Under the pieces are notes generated by a model. It made no database searches. It saw only the letters and a program-made list of their open reading frames with translations, and was not told where the DNA came from. Of a stretch of DNA of 64,000 bases, positions 1 through 10,093 are shown in pieces (the stretch's first letter is position 1; every line of letters starts with the position of its first letter). The position numbers and the translations under genes were made by a program. The stretch lies in the NCBI GenBank assembly GCA_937625935.1, contig OW569361.1, positions 310,001-374,000 on the forward strand, written 5' to 3'. Source of the DNA: Tetramitus jugosus. Its lineage: Eukaryota > Protista > Heterolobosea.

Positions 1-98
1 AATGATTGACCACATTGCTTCACCATGCGATCATGTTCATTTCTACTCTGTTTCTTCTTCTGCTTCTTCTTTTGTGTAACACTTGTTGTAGTCTCACT

Positions 99-142
<44 letters not shown>

Positions 143-491
143 CATGAGAAATCTTGAACAAGAGACAATTGATGAGACCACGTGTCAAATGAGGCAACAC
201 TTGAATGGGAATCGTAATGGCAAATCTCGTCAATGAACTGGTCAATTTGTCCACATCGGCATAACCCAATCGACACAACTCTAGTATCGTATCAATGGTT
301 GATGTTCCAATGGTGAGATTGTCACTGTGAATCATTGAGTAGAGTGTTTTGATGATGATACGAGTGGCATTGGAGTTGTTTTGAGATTGACACAGGGGAA
401 TGAAGGATCGAATGGCTTGTCGTTGAACATTGGGTTCACGACTCTTGATTCTCTCCTTTAAAATGTCAATCTTTTCTTCCAATAGTGTCAT
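1..491 (-). CDS. 5' part of a helical-repeat-like protein running off the window start (MTLLEEKIDILKERIKSREPNVQRQAIRSF...)
   Basis: Manual translation from ATG at 491 stays open to position 1 and includes a poly-Ser tract from (TCA)n. It is divergent from the gene at 613 and is absent from the ORF track because no stop lies in the window. Confidence 0.65.
99..142. repeat. (TGA)n microsatellite encoding poly-Ser on the minus strand
   Basis: Directly visible tandem trinucleotide run; many similar coding microsatellites occur across the first ~41 kb. Confidence 0.9.
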
Positions 492-612
492 ATGTGTGTG
501 TAGTGGTGTGTAGTGGTGGTGGTCGTGTGCTTGTTTTTTTACACAAAGTTTCTCTAGAGGATGAGTTCGTCAGGGAAAAAAAAACATACACAAAACAACA
601 ACACTTGTGAGC

Positions 613-1779
613 ATGCATCGAATCGGATATCATGGCAACAGAGTCACGTCAATGATGACTCACATGTCTGGTGCACCATCATCACTCAATATTCTCGTGC
701 CATTCTACCACTCTCCTTTTTTCCTAGCACGTGCCACCACCATCACACCACATTCAATCTTCAATCAACAACAACAACATTATTTTTCCACCTCCATCAC
801 TGCAACTGCAACACAGGTGAAGAAGCAAGAGTCAACAACAGCAACAACAATTGAACAACAAGAAGAAGAAAATGTTGATGAACAACCAACAGTCAATCAT
901 CATCATCATGAGAAGAAGCAGAGGAAGAATGCTCCTCCTACTCCTCGTCTCGTCAAAAAAGTGTACAACAAGGATCATGTCAACGCACCTGCTCCACCAT
1001 TTGTACTCTTCTTCAAGAAGTATTTGGATCATTTGAAAGTCATGTTGGAAACTGAGGAGAGAGATGGAGTGTTGTTGGCACATGGCATACCTCCCAGATA
1101 CAAGCAGCAACAGAAGCAGAAGCAGAAACAGTCTAGTAGTAGTGATAATAGTGGTGCTATTGATGGATTGGTGGAAGGAGGAGAAGCAGAAGGAGACGAA
1201 GCAGAAGCAGAAGAAGCACAAATCTTGGAAAAGTCGTTTGATTTGAGTGAGACGAGTCCATTTCGCAACAAGATTCAAATCAAATTATCACTGTTGGCCA
1301 CTCGAGTCTGGTATGATGACAAGTGTATGGAACAGGAGAAGAAACAAGTCATGGAGCAGTATCGGACCATGAGATTGCAATTCGTTGAGCAGAGAGCAGC
1401 ACAGGAACGCAAGATCAAGTATGAGAGAGCAGTGAGAAGATTGTTGGGTGGACAGACCAATACCGAAATGACGGAGCAAATTGCAGCTCGGTTGATTGAG
1501 AGAGATGTGCCCTATCCAAAGCGAGTTTCATTCTATTTCACATTTAGAACACTAAAGGACAGAGAGGTGTATGAGCAGAACCCTGGTATCGACAGCAAAG
1601 CAGCATCCAAGATTCTATCCAAGTTGTACTCTGAGATGACAGCAGAAGAGTATGAGAAAGTGCAGGCTCTGTATGCTCAACCGTTTAGTGACTATTGGAA
1701 GACGAAGGAAAATTTTGCAAAGCAAGTTGGCGCCATTTATCAAGAGTTGATGAAGGAACACTTGGAAGGACAACAATAA
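613..1779 (+). CDS. HMG-box protein with a predicted mitochondrial presequence (TFAM/Abf2-like nucleoid protein candidate)
   Basis: R/H/S/T-rich, acid-free N-terminus. HMG-like segments APAPPFVLFFKKY and PYPKRVSFYFTFR...NPG...ASKILSKLYSEMTAEEYEK. First ATG is at 613. Confidence 0.65.
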   Translation: MHRIGYHGNRVTSMMTHMSGAPSSLNILVPFYHSPFFLARATTITPHSIFNQQQQHYFSTSITATATQVKKQESTTATTIEQQEEENVDEQPTVNHHHHEKKQRKNAPPTPRLVKKVYNKDHVNAPAPPFVLFFKKYLDHLKVMLETEERDGVLLAHGIPPRYKQQQKQKQKQSSSSDNSGAIDGLVEGGEAEGDEAEAEEAQILEKSFDLSETSPFRNKIQIKLSLLATRVWYDDKCMEQEKKQVMEQYRTMRLQFVEQRAAQERKIKYERAVRRLLGGQTNTEMTEQIAARLIERDVPYPKRVSFYFTFRTLKDREVYEQNPGIDSKAASKILSKLYSEMTAEEYEKVQALYAQPFSDYWKTKENFAKQVGAIYQELMKEHLEGQQ

Positions 1780-1865
1780 ATGACATCTTGAAATTAGATA
1801 AACAAGAGGAATATTTATGATATATGATGAGTGTACAATGTAGTGCAGTGCAATCCAACCCGAGT

Positions 1866-4478
1866 TTACACTTGTTGGGATTGCTGTCTCAAGTTCTTCA
1901 ACTTTTGAATGTGTTCCATAATATCCTGTACATTTCTGTTCAAATCTCTATTGTTCATGAGTTCTGAACGACTGAAGCTTCTTAATCTGGTTGGTGCCTT
2001 ATCAATCATGTGCAGCAAGCAGTCTACATCGTCTTCATCATCGTCAGGACTCGTGTCCACTACATGATCGCGTTGTTGTTGGTTTGCTTGTTGTTGGCTA
2101 GAAGTCTTTTCATTGTCTTCCACAAAAGCCAATCCACTCGAGTGCAAGTGAGAGAATGGACCTGAATGCACTCCTGCACTGCCATAGTGCAAATCATTGA
2201 TCAACAGATCGTCGTCCTGTGACAAGAGATCATCCTTTGAATCAGTGTCTCTGTCATGAGAAGAATCCGTGTCTCGCTCCAAAAAGTGTGGAGTAAAGTC
2301 CAAGAAGCTGTTCAAGAACAGGTCATTATCACTTGTTTGATCGAGCGAAGAGTGAGATCCTACTTGTTGACCATTTTTGTTGTTGTCCCTATTCACAGAA
2401 TCACTGGTAGCAATTGCAGTTGAAGCATCATTCTTGTTGTTCATCAGAGATTGATCAGTACCACCGTTGGGATGACGAGTGAATATCGTAGGCACCATAC
2501 AGTTCATCATCAATCGATTCTCTAGAGAAGTACCAAGTAATGTCCCACTGCTGTTGGATGGAGATGAGCCATAGGGTGTCTGTGCATTGATTCCATGTGG
2601 ATTGGCAGTGAATTGCTTGAGACTGGCTGAGAGTGCCGATGTGCTTGGTTGATAATGATTGAGTGCACAGTCGGCCAATGGAGAGAAACTGAGCTTGAAT
2701 GCACTGCTATCACGGCTTGCTCTTTGTGCACTAGAGTTCCTGTAGGACGAAGCAGAAGCACCAATCAAATAGTTGCCAAATGGAGGACTGGCACCGCCCA
2801 GACTACCCGTGCTACCAGTGCTTCCCACACTGGACACTGAATTGGCTCTTGCTCTGCTGCTGTTGATGGGCAGAGAGTTTGGAGGATATTGCTGCTGTTG
2901 TTGTTGAGCTTGTTGTTGTTGTTGCTGCATCATCATTTGTTGTTGCAAGTGCTGTTGACTCAATCGACTGCTGCTGCCATGACTGCTGCCATAGGAACCA
3001 TAGGATTGTCTGCTGAATGGAGGTGTCTCATCAAATGCAGCAATCTGTTGTTGAGAATCTGTTCTTCTCATCTTGATTGGTATTCCACTGCTACTACTGC
3101 TGTTGTTGCCATTGGGTTGCTGTTGAGGAGAGTAGTATTGTTGTTGTGGTTGTTGTTGTTGATGATGCATGTGATGAATGGTGGACAATGATGATGTTGT
3201 TGTTGTAGGAACAGAGGTGGAAGGTCCCTTGTACACTGGTGGTTTCGAAGAAGATGTAAATGTTGTCTGGTTACCAACATTACCACTACCACTGCCATTA
3301 CTCGTATTAGTGTTATTATTATTAGTACTAGTATTGACATCATCAGTTGCATCATTGTTGGATGGGTGTTCCTGCTGCTGCTGTTGTCGTTGTTCGAGGA
3401 ATGCCTTCGATAGTCCACCACTCTGTTTCTTCATTACAATCATTGGAGAACTGTCACTTCTTGCTCTCATACCTGCATTTACATTGTTCATCGTATTTAC
3501 AGTAGCTGTAACTGATGTGGCTCTACCATCCACAGTACTGTTCACTCTCTTATGATTATTGTTAGTATGGTTATTATTATTATGAACTGTAGATGACGAT
3601 GACCCAAAATGATCCATAATGAGCTTACTCTCAGTCATGAGATTATCACTCGTCACACTAAACAACAACTCTTCCAATTGAGGTGTCTTCTTTCTGTACA
3701 TGACACTTGTTTTAATCGTAGAGTTCATGGATGGGATATCAATGGCTGAGAATTTGAACAATGTGCTCGCATTCTCTTCAAATACTCTGGATTGATCCAT
3801 GGATTGAGATGCCATGATATTGTAGTGTACACGCGAGCCATTTCTTCTATTCTTTAGATTCTTTAGATAGAGTTTATAGGATGGCAGTAGCAAGAGATAG
3901 GAGTAGACACTTCTCATGAGAACCATTACTTTTCTATATGCATTGTGTAGTTCAATTGTACTACTAGTAGTAGTAGTGTTACTATTATTATTATTGTTAT
4001 TGCTTGTAGTAGCAGTAGCAGTAGCAGCAGCAGCAGTAGCAGTATTGCTACAACTGAGAATCCATCTCTCTAATAATACATTGATTTTTTTGTTATTGCT
4101 GCTGTGATGTTGTTGATGATTGGATGATTCTACATAGACATCAATGTACACGTAGAGAGAATTGGCTTTTGATGCCTGTGCTTTCAATGTCTGACTCAAC
4201 TTGTTTGTCACTTCTTCTACTGTGTCTACTTGAAAATTGAACCATGTTCCATTATTATTATTACTATTATTACTATTACTATTATTATTATGATTGTGAT
4301 TCTTGATGTTGTTATTATTATTATTTGTTGAATTGTTCAGAGTAGTAGTAGTAGAGTGATTCATTTGAATGGGCCATATGATGCGTTGATTCAAAATCAA
4401 ATGAGTCATTTTCATGACAAAGTTGGCCCATAGACCATCAAATGTCTTCTCATCATTAATATTGTTGTGATTGGACAT
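1866..4478 (-). CDS. ATG13: Autophagy-related protein 13 (N-terminal HORMA domain plus long disordered tail)
   Basis: Motifs WFN, VLLERW and YRKVMVLMRSVYSYLLLLPSYKLY match the Atg13 HORMA domain; the C-terminal region is S/Q/N-rich. Confidence 0.85.
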   Translation of the reverse strand: MSNHNNINDEKTFDGLWANFVMKMTHLILNQRIIWPIQMNHSTTTTLNNSTNNNNNNIKNHNHNNNSNSNNSNNNNGTWFNFQVDTVEEVTNKLSQTLKAQASKANSLYVYIDVYVESSNHQQHHSSNNKKINVLLERWILSCSNTATAAAATATATTSNNNNNNSNTTTTSSTIELHNAYRKVMVLMRSVYSYLLLLPSYKLYLKNLKNRRNGSRVHYNIMASQSMDQSRVFEENASTLFKFSAIDIPSMNSTIKTSVMYRKKTPQLEELLFSVTSDNLMTESKLIMDHFGSSSSTVHNNNNHTNNNHKRVNSTVDGRATSVTATVNTMNNVNAGMRARSDSSPMIVMKKQSGGLSKAFLEQRQQQQQEHPSNNDATDDVNTSTNNNNTNTSNGSGSGNVGNQTTFTSSSKPPVYKGPSTSVPTTTTSSLSTIHHMHHQQQQPQQQYYSPQQQPNGNNSSSSSGIPIKMRRTDSQQQIAAFDETPPFSRQSYGSYGSSHGSSSRLSQQHLQQQMMMQQQQQQAQQQQQQYPPNSLPINSSRARANSVSSVGSTGSTGSLGGASPPFGNYLIGASASSYRNSSAQRASRDSSAFKLSFSPLADCALNHYQPSTSALSASLKQFTANPHGINAQTPYGSSPSNSSGTLLGTSLENRLMMNCMVPTIFTRHPNGGTDQSLMNNKNDASTAIATSDSVNRDNNKNGQQVGSHSSLDQTSDNDLFLNSFLDFTPHFLERDTDSSHDRDTDSKDDLLSQDDDLLINDLHYGSAGVHSGPFSHLHSSGLAFVEDNEKTSSQQQANQQQRDHVVDTSPDDDEDDVDCLLHMIDKAPTRLRSFSRSELMNNRDLNRNVQDIMEHIQKLKNLRQQSQQV

Positions 4479-4696
4479 TGTTCATACAATTCTATTCTCT
4501 ACCGTGGAACTGAAAACTCTTCTTCTTTGGTGAATATTGTGTGCGGTTGTTTGTTTGTTGGTTTTTTTGTGTTGGCTGAAAGCTTCGAAAACCATGTTCC
4601 GAAAAACCGGACAATCTCCATCTATTTTTGGTTGCAGAAAAACTCTGAACAACCAGTTTGTGATTTACAGCTGTGATATAGCCTGGGGTAACATCT

Positions 4697-7600
4697 TTAT
4701 GGGTGATGATTCTTGTGTTCAATTTCACAGTACAAAGTATCAATCCAGTCACACTGGTCAATGAGTGTATCTCTACCAAGATTGCTTATGTGATTGTTGC
4801 CACTCAAGTCTAAGTATTTGAGGGAATGCACGACAAGAGAGTCTCTCTTGAGATTTCTTCTCAAATTCGAAGAATGAGACGGGCTTGATCGAAGAATTCC
4901 ATACTTCACTGTCCGATCCGTGAGTTCATTATCTTGCAGGTCCAGTGATTGTAAATTGCATCGCCAATTGCTGTTGGAAGGAGCGCTGTGAGCCTGCAGT
5001 AGTTGAATGGCAAAGTTGTCAGTGATATGGTTACCGCTGAGATTCAATTCTGTTAAACATTTGGGAATCATTTTGATCAATTGAGAGGTGGAGATGGGTG
5101 AGATGGGAGAATTCACGGTTGAATGTGCATGGTCCCAACTATCGGAACCCAATAGCGCCTTTCCTTTGAAGGAAGTATCAAAATTCACATTCATGGGAGT
5201 GTTGAGTGGGGTATGCATCCCTTCTATACCAGTTGTTTGATGATGATCGTGGTAACCATGATGATGACGATGCATGAACATTCCATTTCGAGCCATGTCA
5301 AGAGTTTGGATGAACATCAGATTGTTCAAGAGAACAACTAAGCTCTCTTCATTGTAATTGCATTGACTACAGTCTAGATAAGTCAGATTCGGAAAAATTT
5401 TTGCCAATAAGTGAGCAGAAGCATGAGTTAGCTTCACATTTCGACTGATCACCAATTTTTGTAAGCTTGGCAGAATCACATTGTGTTCACAAAGAACTAG
5501 AAATGAAGTATCAGAAATATCGTTTCTCTCCAAGTTCAGGGATTGTATTATACTTCTACTGTCCATTCGAGACAGACTGGTCAATAAGTGAACCAATTGG
5601 TGGTCTGTTATAGCGCATGACTCTAATTCAAGGACTGTCAAACAATAGCTCGTAATCCTAGGTGGATTCTCTAACCATTGTTGGACTCCAATGATATTCT
5701 CATTCAGATTGATATGCCCCAACTTTGTTCCTGGCGCTGAAAATAGTGTTGACAGTCCCCTTGTTATCGCTGTGTTATCCGATATATCCAAAAATTGAAG
5801 GTTGGGAAACCAAGATAGCAAACAATCCATTGTCTCATCATTCATTTCTGTGCGATAAAGGCATAGCGAGTTTAGTTGAGGGAAATTTCTATTGGAGTTA
5901 CCATTCTGGGTGATAGAAAGTGAGTTCCCCGATAAATCACAGCTCTTGAGAGTGTACAAAGTGCCCGTACGATTATGAAGAAGTTGATCGAAGTAGTCAT
6001 TCATGGAACCATTGATTCGATTATTTGCGAGGTTCAATTGTTGCAGAGAATGTTTTCGATTCTCGCCATGATATCTTAATTGCCCTTCTTCATAACTCAA
6101 GGAATATTCTTCTTGACTCGATGGATAACTCAAATTGTGTACAATGAGAAGCCAAGAGTCTAATGTCAAGCAATTATAACTGAGGTCCAATGATTGAATG
6201 CCTTTTAACAAACAACACTTCTTTGATGTTCGTTCGTTGTTTGTTCCACTTTCAGAGTCTTCCTTGCATACCTCATAGCTTAACATGTGTTCAACATCCG
6301 AAGGATGGAATGGATTATGCATATGCGACATTTTGAGTACATTCAAGTTCTTGAATCGTCGATCCTTAGTCACTGAATCATACAGTAGAGAACTGCATAT
6401 AAAACCAGGAGTAAGACTAGTTGTGCTGATATCCAGAGATGTCAAGGTATGAGAAGAGAGCCAATGATGACCCAGAATACATTTAGCGAATATCTCGTCA
6501 GACAACTTGTGATTTCCACTAATGTTCAATCGTTGCAATCGATTGTATTCGTGATAAAACATGTGATGTTGGGCCTTCGTGTCATCATGTGGTTGTTCTC
6601 GAGTGACAATACTCATCAATTGTTCTTCACAGTGGATCACATTGTCCGACAAGTCCAATGACTGAAGAAGAGAAATGTTGGGCAATAGTTGATGAAACGG
6701 TTTCATACTATGGCCATACACCAACCGAGTACAGGATATGTCAATGTGAGGAAACAGAAAATGTACTACTCTGTGAACATCATTTCTAAAGTACCCGTAG
6801 AAAGTGTGCAGAATATGCACAGGAGCAGCTGACGAATAGTTCTGTACCCTATTGTGGTGATCCTCTCTGTCTTTGTGAGTGGCAGTGATCAGGATCTTAA
6901 TATCTTTGTCTTGAGTTACATTGGGGTTATTGCTATTTGGTGGCAATAGTCGAGATGATGACGAATTGAGTGGTGGCCAAGCGGGAGTTTTAGGAGTAAA
7001 TGAAGTCACATAGGATGACACTGTACTCATCGAGTCACCGCTAGTCACACTCAACTCGTAATCTTCATCATCCATATCGTCGTCATCCTCCATTGGAGAA
7101 GTAGCTGTTGTGGTTGTCAATGTGGTCGTCATTGTAGTGGTACGAAGGGAAGGAGAAGCAGCTGTAGCGGTAGCGGTGGTGCTCTGAGTACCAGTTGATG
7201 ACAATGTGATGATTGTAGTGGTTTCGTCTTCTTCTCTCGTCATCACAAGGTTGTCCTCCTCCTCCTCCTCCTCATTCATGTTCACATCATCAGGTTCTTC
7301 ATCCATCATTATCATCATTGGATCTTGTCGGTTCTGTCGAATAAAAGTGTTACTTCCACTATCATTGTTGTTGTTGGTGGTGGTGGTGGAAGTATCATGA
7401 ACACCACTGCGACAACATAGATCTGGTCTCTCAGACAGACACAGAGAATAGAATGATAGGATATGAAGGATAACATCTTGGGGTAAAAGAGCAAATAAAA
7501 GTACAGATGATGCATGATTTGGATCTTGACTGAAATGGGAAACTGCTGCAGCGGCAGAGGTACTCGTACTGGTCATTGGAGTCGTACTTGAACTACACTT

Positions 7601-8020
7601 TACATGTTCTTTGTTAATACTAGTCAACGCATGATGATGACTAGCAGATGGAGTCGTTTCTACAATCACTGGGATGCTGCTCGCTGAACTATGGTTGTTC
7701 TGAATGATCACTCTTTTGGATTGGTTGCTCAATCGTCTTCTCTTGGTAACAATAGGTGGAAACATGAGATGATGTAGTTGTATTGGACCATGTGTGCTGC
7801 TGCTGTGATGTGGATCCACAATCAGAGATTCGCGATTATTATCTTGTTGTTGCTGTAATACTATAGCACTGGTTAAGTAATTGTAGTTGTTGTTGATGCT
7901 AGAAGACGAAGAAGCAGAGAGGGGTGAAGAAGTAGTAATCCAATTGTTATTGCCATAACCACTTCTGGACATGTAGATGGGGGAATAAATGGGAGAGGAT
8001 CTAGATCGAGATCTTTTCAT
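4697..8020 (-). CDS. F-box / leucine-rich-repeat protein
   Basis: F-box-like LLPQDVILHILSF followed by many LxxLxLSxN repeats. First ATG is at 8020 (the ORF track starts at a GTG at 8176). Confidence 0.8.
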   Translation of the reverse strand: MKRSRSRSSPIYSPIYMSRSGYGNNNWITTSSPLSASSSSSINNNYNYLTSAIVLQQQQDNNRESLIVDPHHSSSTHGPIQLHHLMFPPIVTKRRRLSNQSKRVIIQNNHSSASSIPVIVETTPSASHHHALTSINKEHVKCSSSTTPMTSTSTSAAAAVSHFSQDPNHASSVLLFALLPQDVILHILSFYSLCLSERPDLCCRSGVHDTSTTTTNNNNDSGSNTFIRQNRQDPMMIMMDEEPDDVNMNEEEEEEDNLVMTREEDETTTIITLSSTGTQSTTATATAASPSLRTTTMTTTLTTTTATSPMEDDDDMDDEDYELSVTSGDSMSTVSSYVTSFTPKTPAWPPLNSSSSRLLPPNSNNPNVTQDKDIKILITATHKDREDHHNRVQNYSSAAPVHILHTFYGYFRNDVHRVVHFLFPHIDISCTRLVYGHSMKPFHQLLPNISLLQSLDLSDNVIHCEEQLMSIVTREQPHDDTKAQHHMFYHEYNRLQRLNISGNHKLSDEIFAKCILGHHWLSSHTLTSLDISTTSLTPGFICSSLLYDSVTKDRRFKNLNVLKMSHMHNPFHPSDVEHMLSYEVCKEDSESGTNNERTSKKCCLLKGIQSLDLSYNCLTLDSWLLIVHNLSYPSSQEEYSLSYEEGQLRYHGENRKHSLQQLNLANNRINGSMNDYFDQLLHNRTGTLYTLKSCDLSGNSLSITQNGNSNRNFPQLNSLCLYRTEMNDETMDCLLSWFPNLQFLDISDNTAITRGLSTLFSAPGTKLGHINLNENIIGVQQWLENPPRITSYCLTVLELESCAITDHQLVHLLTSLSRMDSRSIIQSLNLERNDISDTSFLVLCEHNVILPSLQKLVISRNVKLTHASAHLLAKIFPNLTYLDCSQCNYNEESLVVLLNNLMFIQTLDMARNGMFMHRHHHGYHDHHQTTGIEGMHTPLNTPMNVNFDTSFKGKALLGSDSWDHAHSTVNSPISPISTSQLIKMIPKCLTELNLSGNHITDNFAIQLLQAHSAPSNSNWRCNLQSLDLQDNELTDRTVKYGILRSSPSHSSNLRRNLKRDSLVVHSLKYLDLSGNNHISNLGRDTLIDQCDWIDTLYCEIEHKNHHP

Positions 8021-8375
8021 TGTGTATGCGAGTTCAAAGGTTACCAATCGAGAGTCAACTCTTGCAAAATACAGGTGAATGAGTTGTTTATTGCTCTTGG
8101 AATTCAATTCGAGAGCAAAAAACGATCGGGAGAAACGTTGCATTCCCGAGCCCAACTTAGAAGGAAAGTCCTGCACGATGGGGACTCGATATTTTGCATT
8201 GTATCACCAGTGTTCGAAAATATCATAGGTCACTTCCCCTTCCTTATCGGGGCCATAATCCAATAAGCGCAAGCGAGACGGAGAAAAACACCAAAAGCAA
8301 ACAATCGTCATCACCCCAAAAAAACAACTCTGCATACAACAACAAGCAGACTGGCTCACTCAAACGTCATTCATC

Positions 8376-10067
8376 ATGAATACACTGTCTCTGCAGCAGC
8401 ATGACAATGATCCACAAGAGCAACAACAACAAGATCAGATAGATGTCATTGATCACAGTGATCATCAGAGCAACAGTAGCAGTAGTAGCAGTGATGATGA
8501 ATTAATGGATAACAACAACAACAACAATAACAACAATGATCGTTCCATCACCCACATGTTCACTCGACTGTTGAAACACAGCAGTCGGAGAATCATTGGT
8601 ATTGCATTGATTGCCAGTGTGGTGATTATATGGGTCGGTTCCAGTGAAGCCATCCAATTTGTGTTTCGTGACCTCTCATTTGACAAACCATTGTTTCTCA
8701 CCTATTATAACACATCACTCTTCTCATTGTATCTCATTGGATTTTTGTTTGTTCCTCGTTGGAGGCGCTCACTCGTCTATTGTTACACTAGAAGATCAAG
8801 AAGAAGAAGAGATCAATTCCACAACCATATCAATCATCATCATAGTAATCATCATCATAATAATAATCATCATCATCCTAATAACAACAACCATAGTGAA
8901 CATTATTATTACTATGATATACCGTATACTCTCATGACAAGTCTACTCATGTGTCCACTGTGGTTCCTAGCCAATGTCACATTCAACTATTCATTGTCAA
9001 AGACATCTGTTGCCAGCAATACAGTCATATCCAACACCAGTAGTCTCTTCACATTTGTATTGTGTCTCTTGTTGAGAATTGATCAATTTTCATTCATGAG
9101 ATTTGTGGCCATTGGATTCAGCATAGGTGGTGTTGCTCTTGTCACTGTCTATGACTCTCACAACAACAATAATAACAACAATAACAACAACAACAACAGT
9201 AGTAATAGTAGCAATGATAATCGTATGACAATGATTGGTAATTTATTAACCTTGTTCTCTGCATTCATGTACGGCACATACACGACACTGTTAAAGATTC
9301 GATCACCAGAGATTCATGACAACAATAACAATAACAATAACAATAACAGTATCAATAGTATCAATAATGACAATCGTAACAGTGCATCGATATCACCTGT
9401 AGTTGATGATGGTGTGGTTCCTACTGTTCCTATTGTTGTTGTTGATGTTGATGATGATGATGAAAAGAACAAGAACAACAACAATAAGAGATCAGTCTCA
9501 ATGCCCATGGTGTTTGGATTCATGGGTCTGTTCAATATTCTCATGCTGTGGCCACTGTTCTTTATTGTCCATGGATTGAACATTGAAAAATTTTCATGGT
9601 TTCCATCCAAAAAGGTGTTTGTTGCCATTACGCTCAATGGATTGATTGGAACCATGTTGTCTGATTTGCTGTGGGCATTCAGTGTTGTTTTTACGAGTCC
9701 TATTGTGTCAACCATTGGATTGGCGCTGACAATTCCATTGGCCTTCACGAGTGATGTGTTCATTCATCAGACAAAGAGTTTCTCTGCGGCCTATCTCCTG
9801 GGATCCTCTCTCATTATTTGTTCATTTGTCATGGTGAACATTAGTTATCAGTTGCCTGCCAAGATTCGTGCCTATGACTCACCTAGTTTCCAATGGTTGA
9901 TCAATCGATTGCCCTCGGAGTGGCAACAAGTGTTATTGTTGTCCAATAATTCATCATTGACGCAACCATCAACAGCTGCTTATGCAACACTGTTGGATAG
10001 CATGGACAGTAGCTCGAACAGCGCAACAACAGAGACACCACAGAGTGTCGATGATGAGAGAATCTAA
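8376..10067 (+). CDS. SLC35F5/Thi74-like EamA (DMT) family transporter
   Basis: Multiple transmembrane helices; motifs FDKPLFLTY, LWFLANVTFNYSLSKTSVASNTVISNTSSLFT and LSDLLWA...TSPIVSTIGLALTIP. Confidence 0.85.
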   Translation: MNTLSLQQHDNDPQEQQQQDQIDVIDHSDHQSNSSSSSSDDELMDNNNNNNNNNDRSITHMFTRLLKHSSRRIIGIALIASVVIIWVGSSEAIQFVFRDLSFDKPLFLTYYNTSLFSLYLIGFLFVPRWRRSLVYCYTRRSRRRRDQFHNHINHHHSNHHHNNNHHHPNNNNHSEHYYYYDIPYTLMTSLLMCPLWFLANVTFNYSLSKTSVASNTVISNTSSLFTFVLCLLLRIDQFSFMRFVAIGFSIGGVALVTVYDSHNNNNNNNNNNNNSSNSSNDNRMTMIGNLLTLFSAFMYGTYTTLLKIRSPEIHDNNNNNNNNNSINSINNDNRNSASISPVVDDGVVPTVPIVVVDVDDDDEKNKNNNNKRSVSMPMVFGFMGLFNILMLWPLFFIVHGLNIEKFSWFPSKKVFVAITLNGLIGTMLSDLLWAFSVVFTSPIVSTIGLALTIPLAFTSDVFIHQTKSFSAAYLLGSSLIICSFVMVNISYQLPAKIRAYDSPSFQWLINRLPSEWQQVLLLSNNSSLTQPSTAAYATLLDSMDSSSNSATTETPQSVDDERI

Positions 10068-10093
10068 AAAATGAGCTGTAGTCTTCTTCTTCT

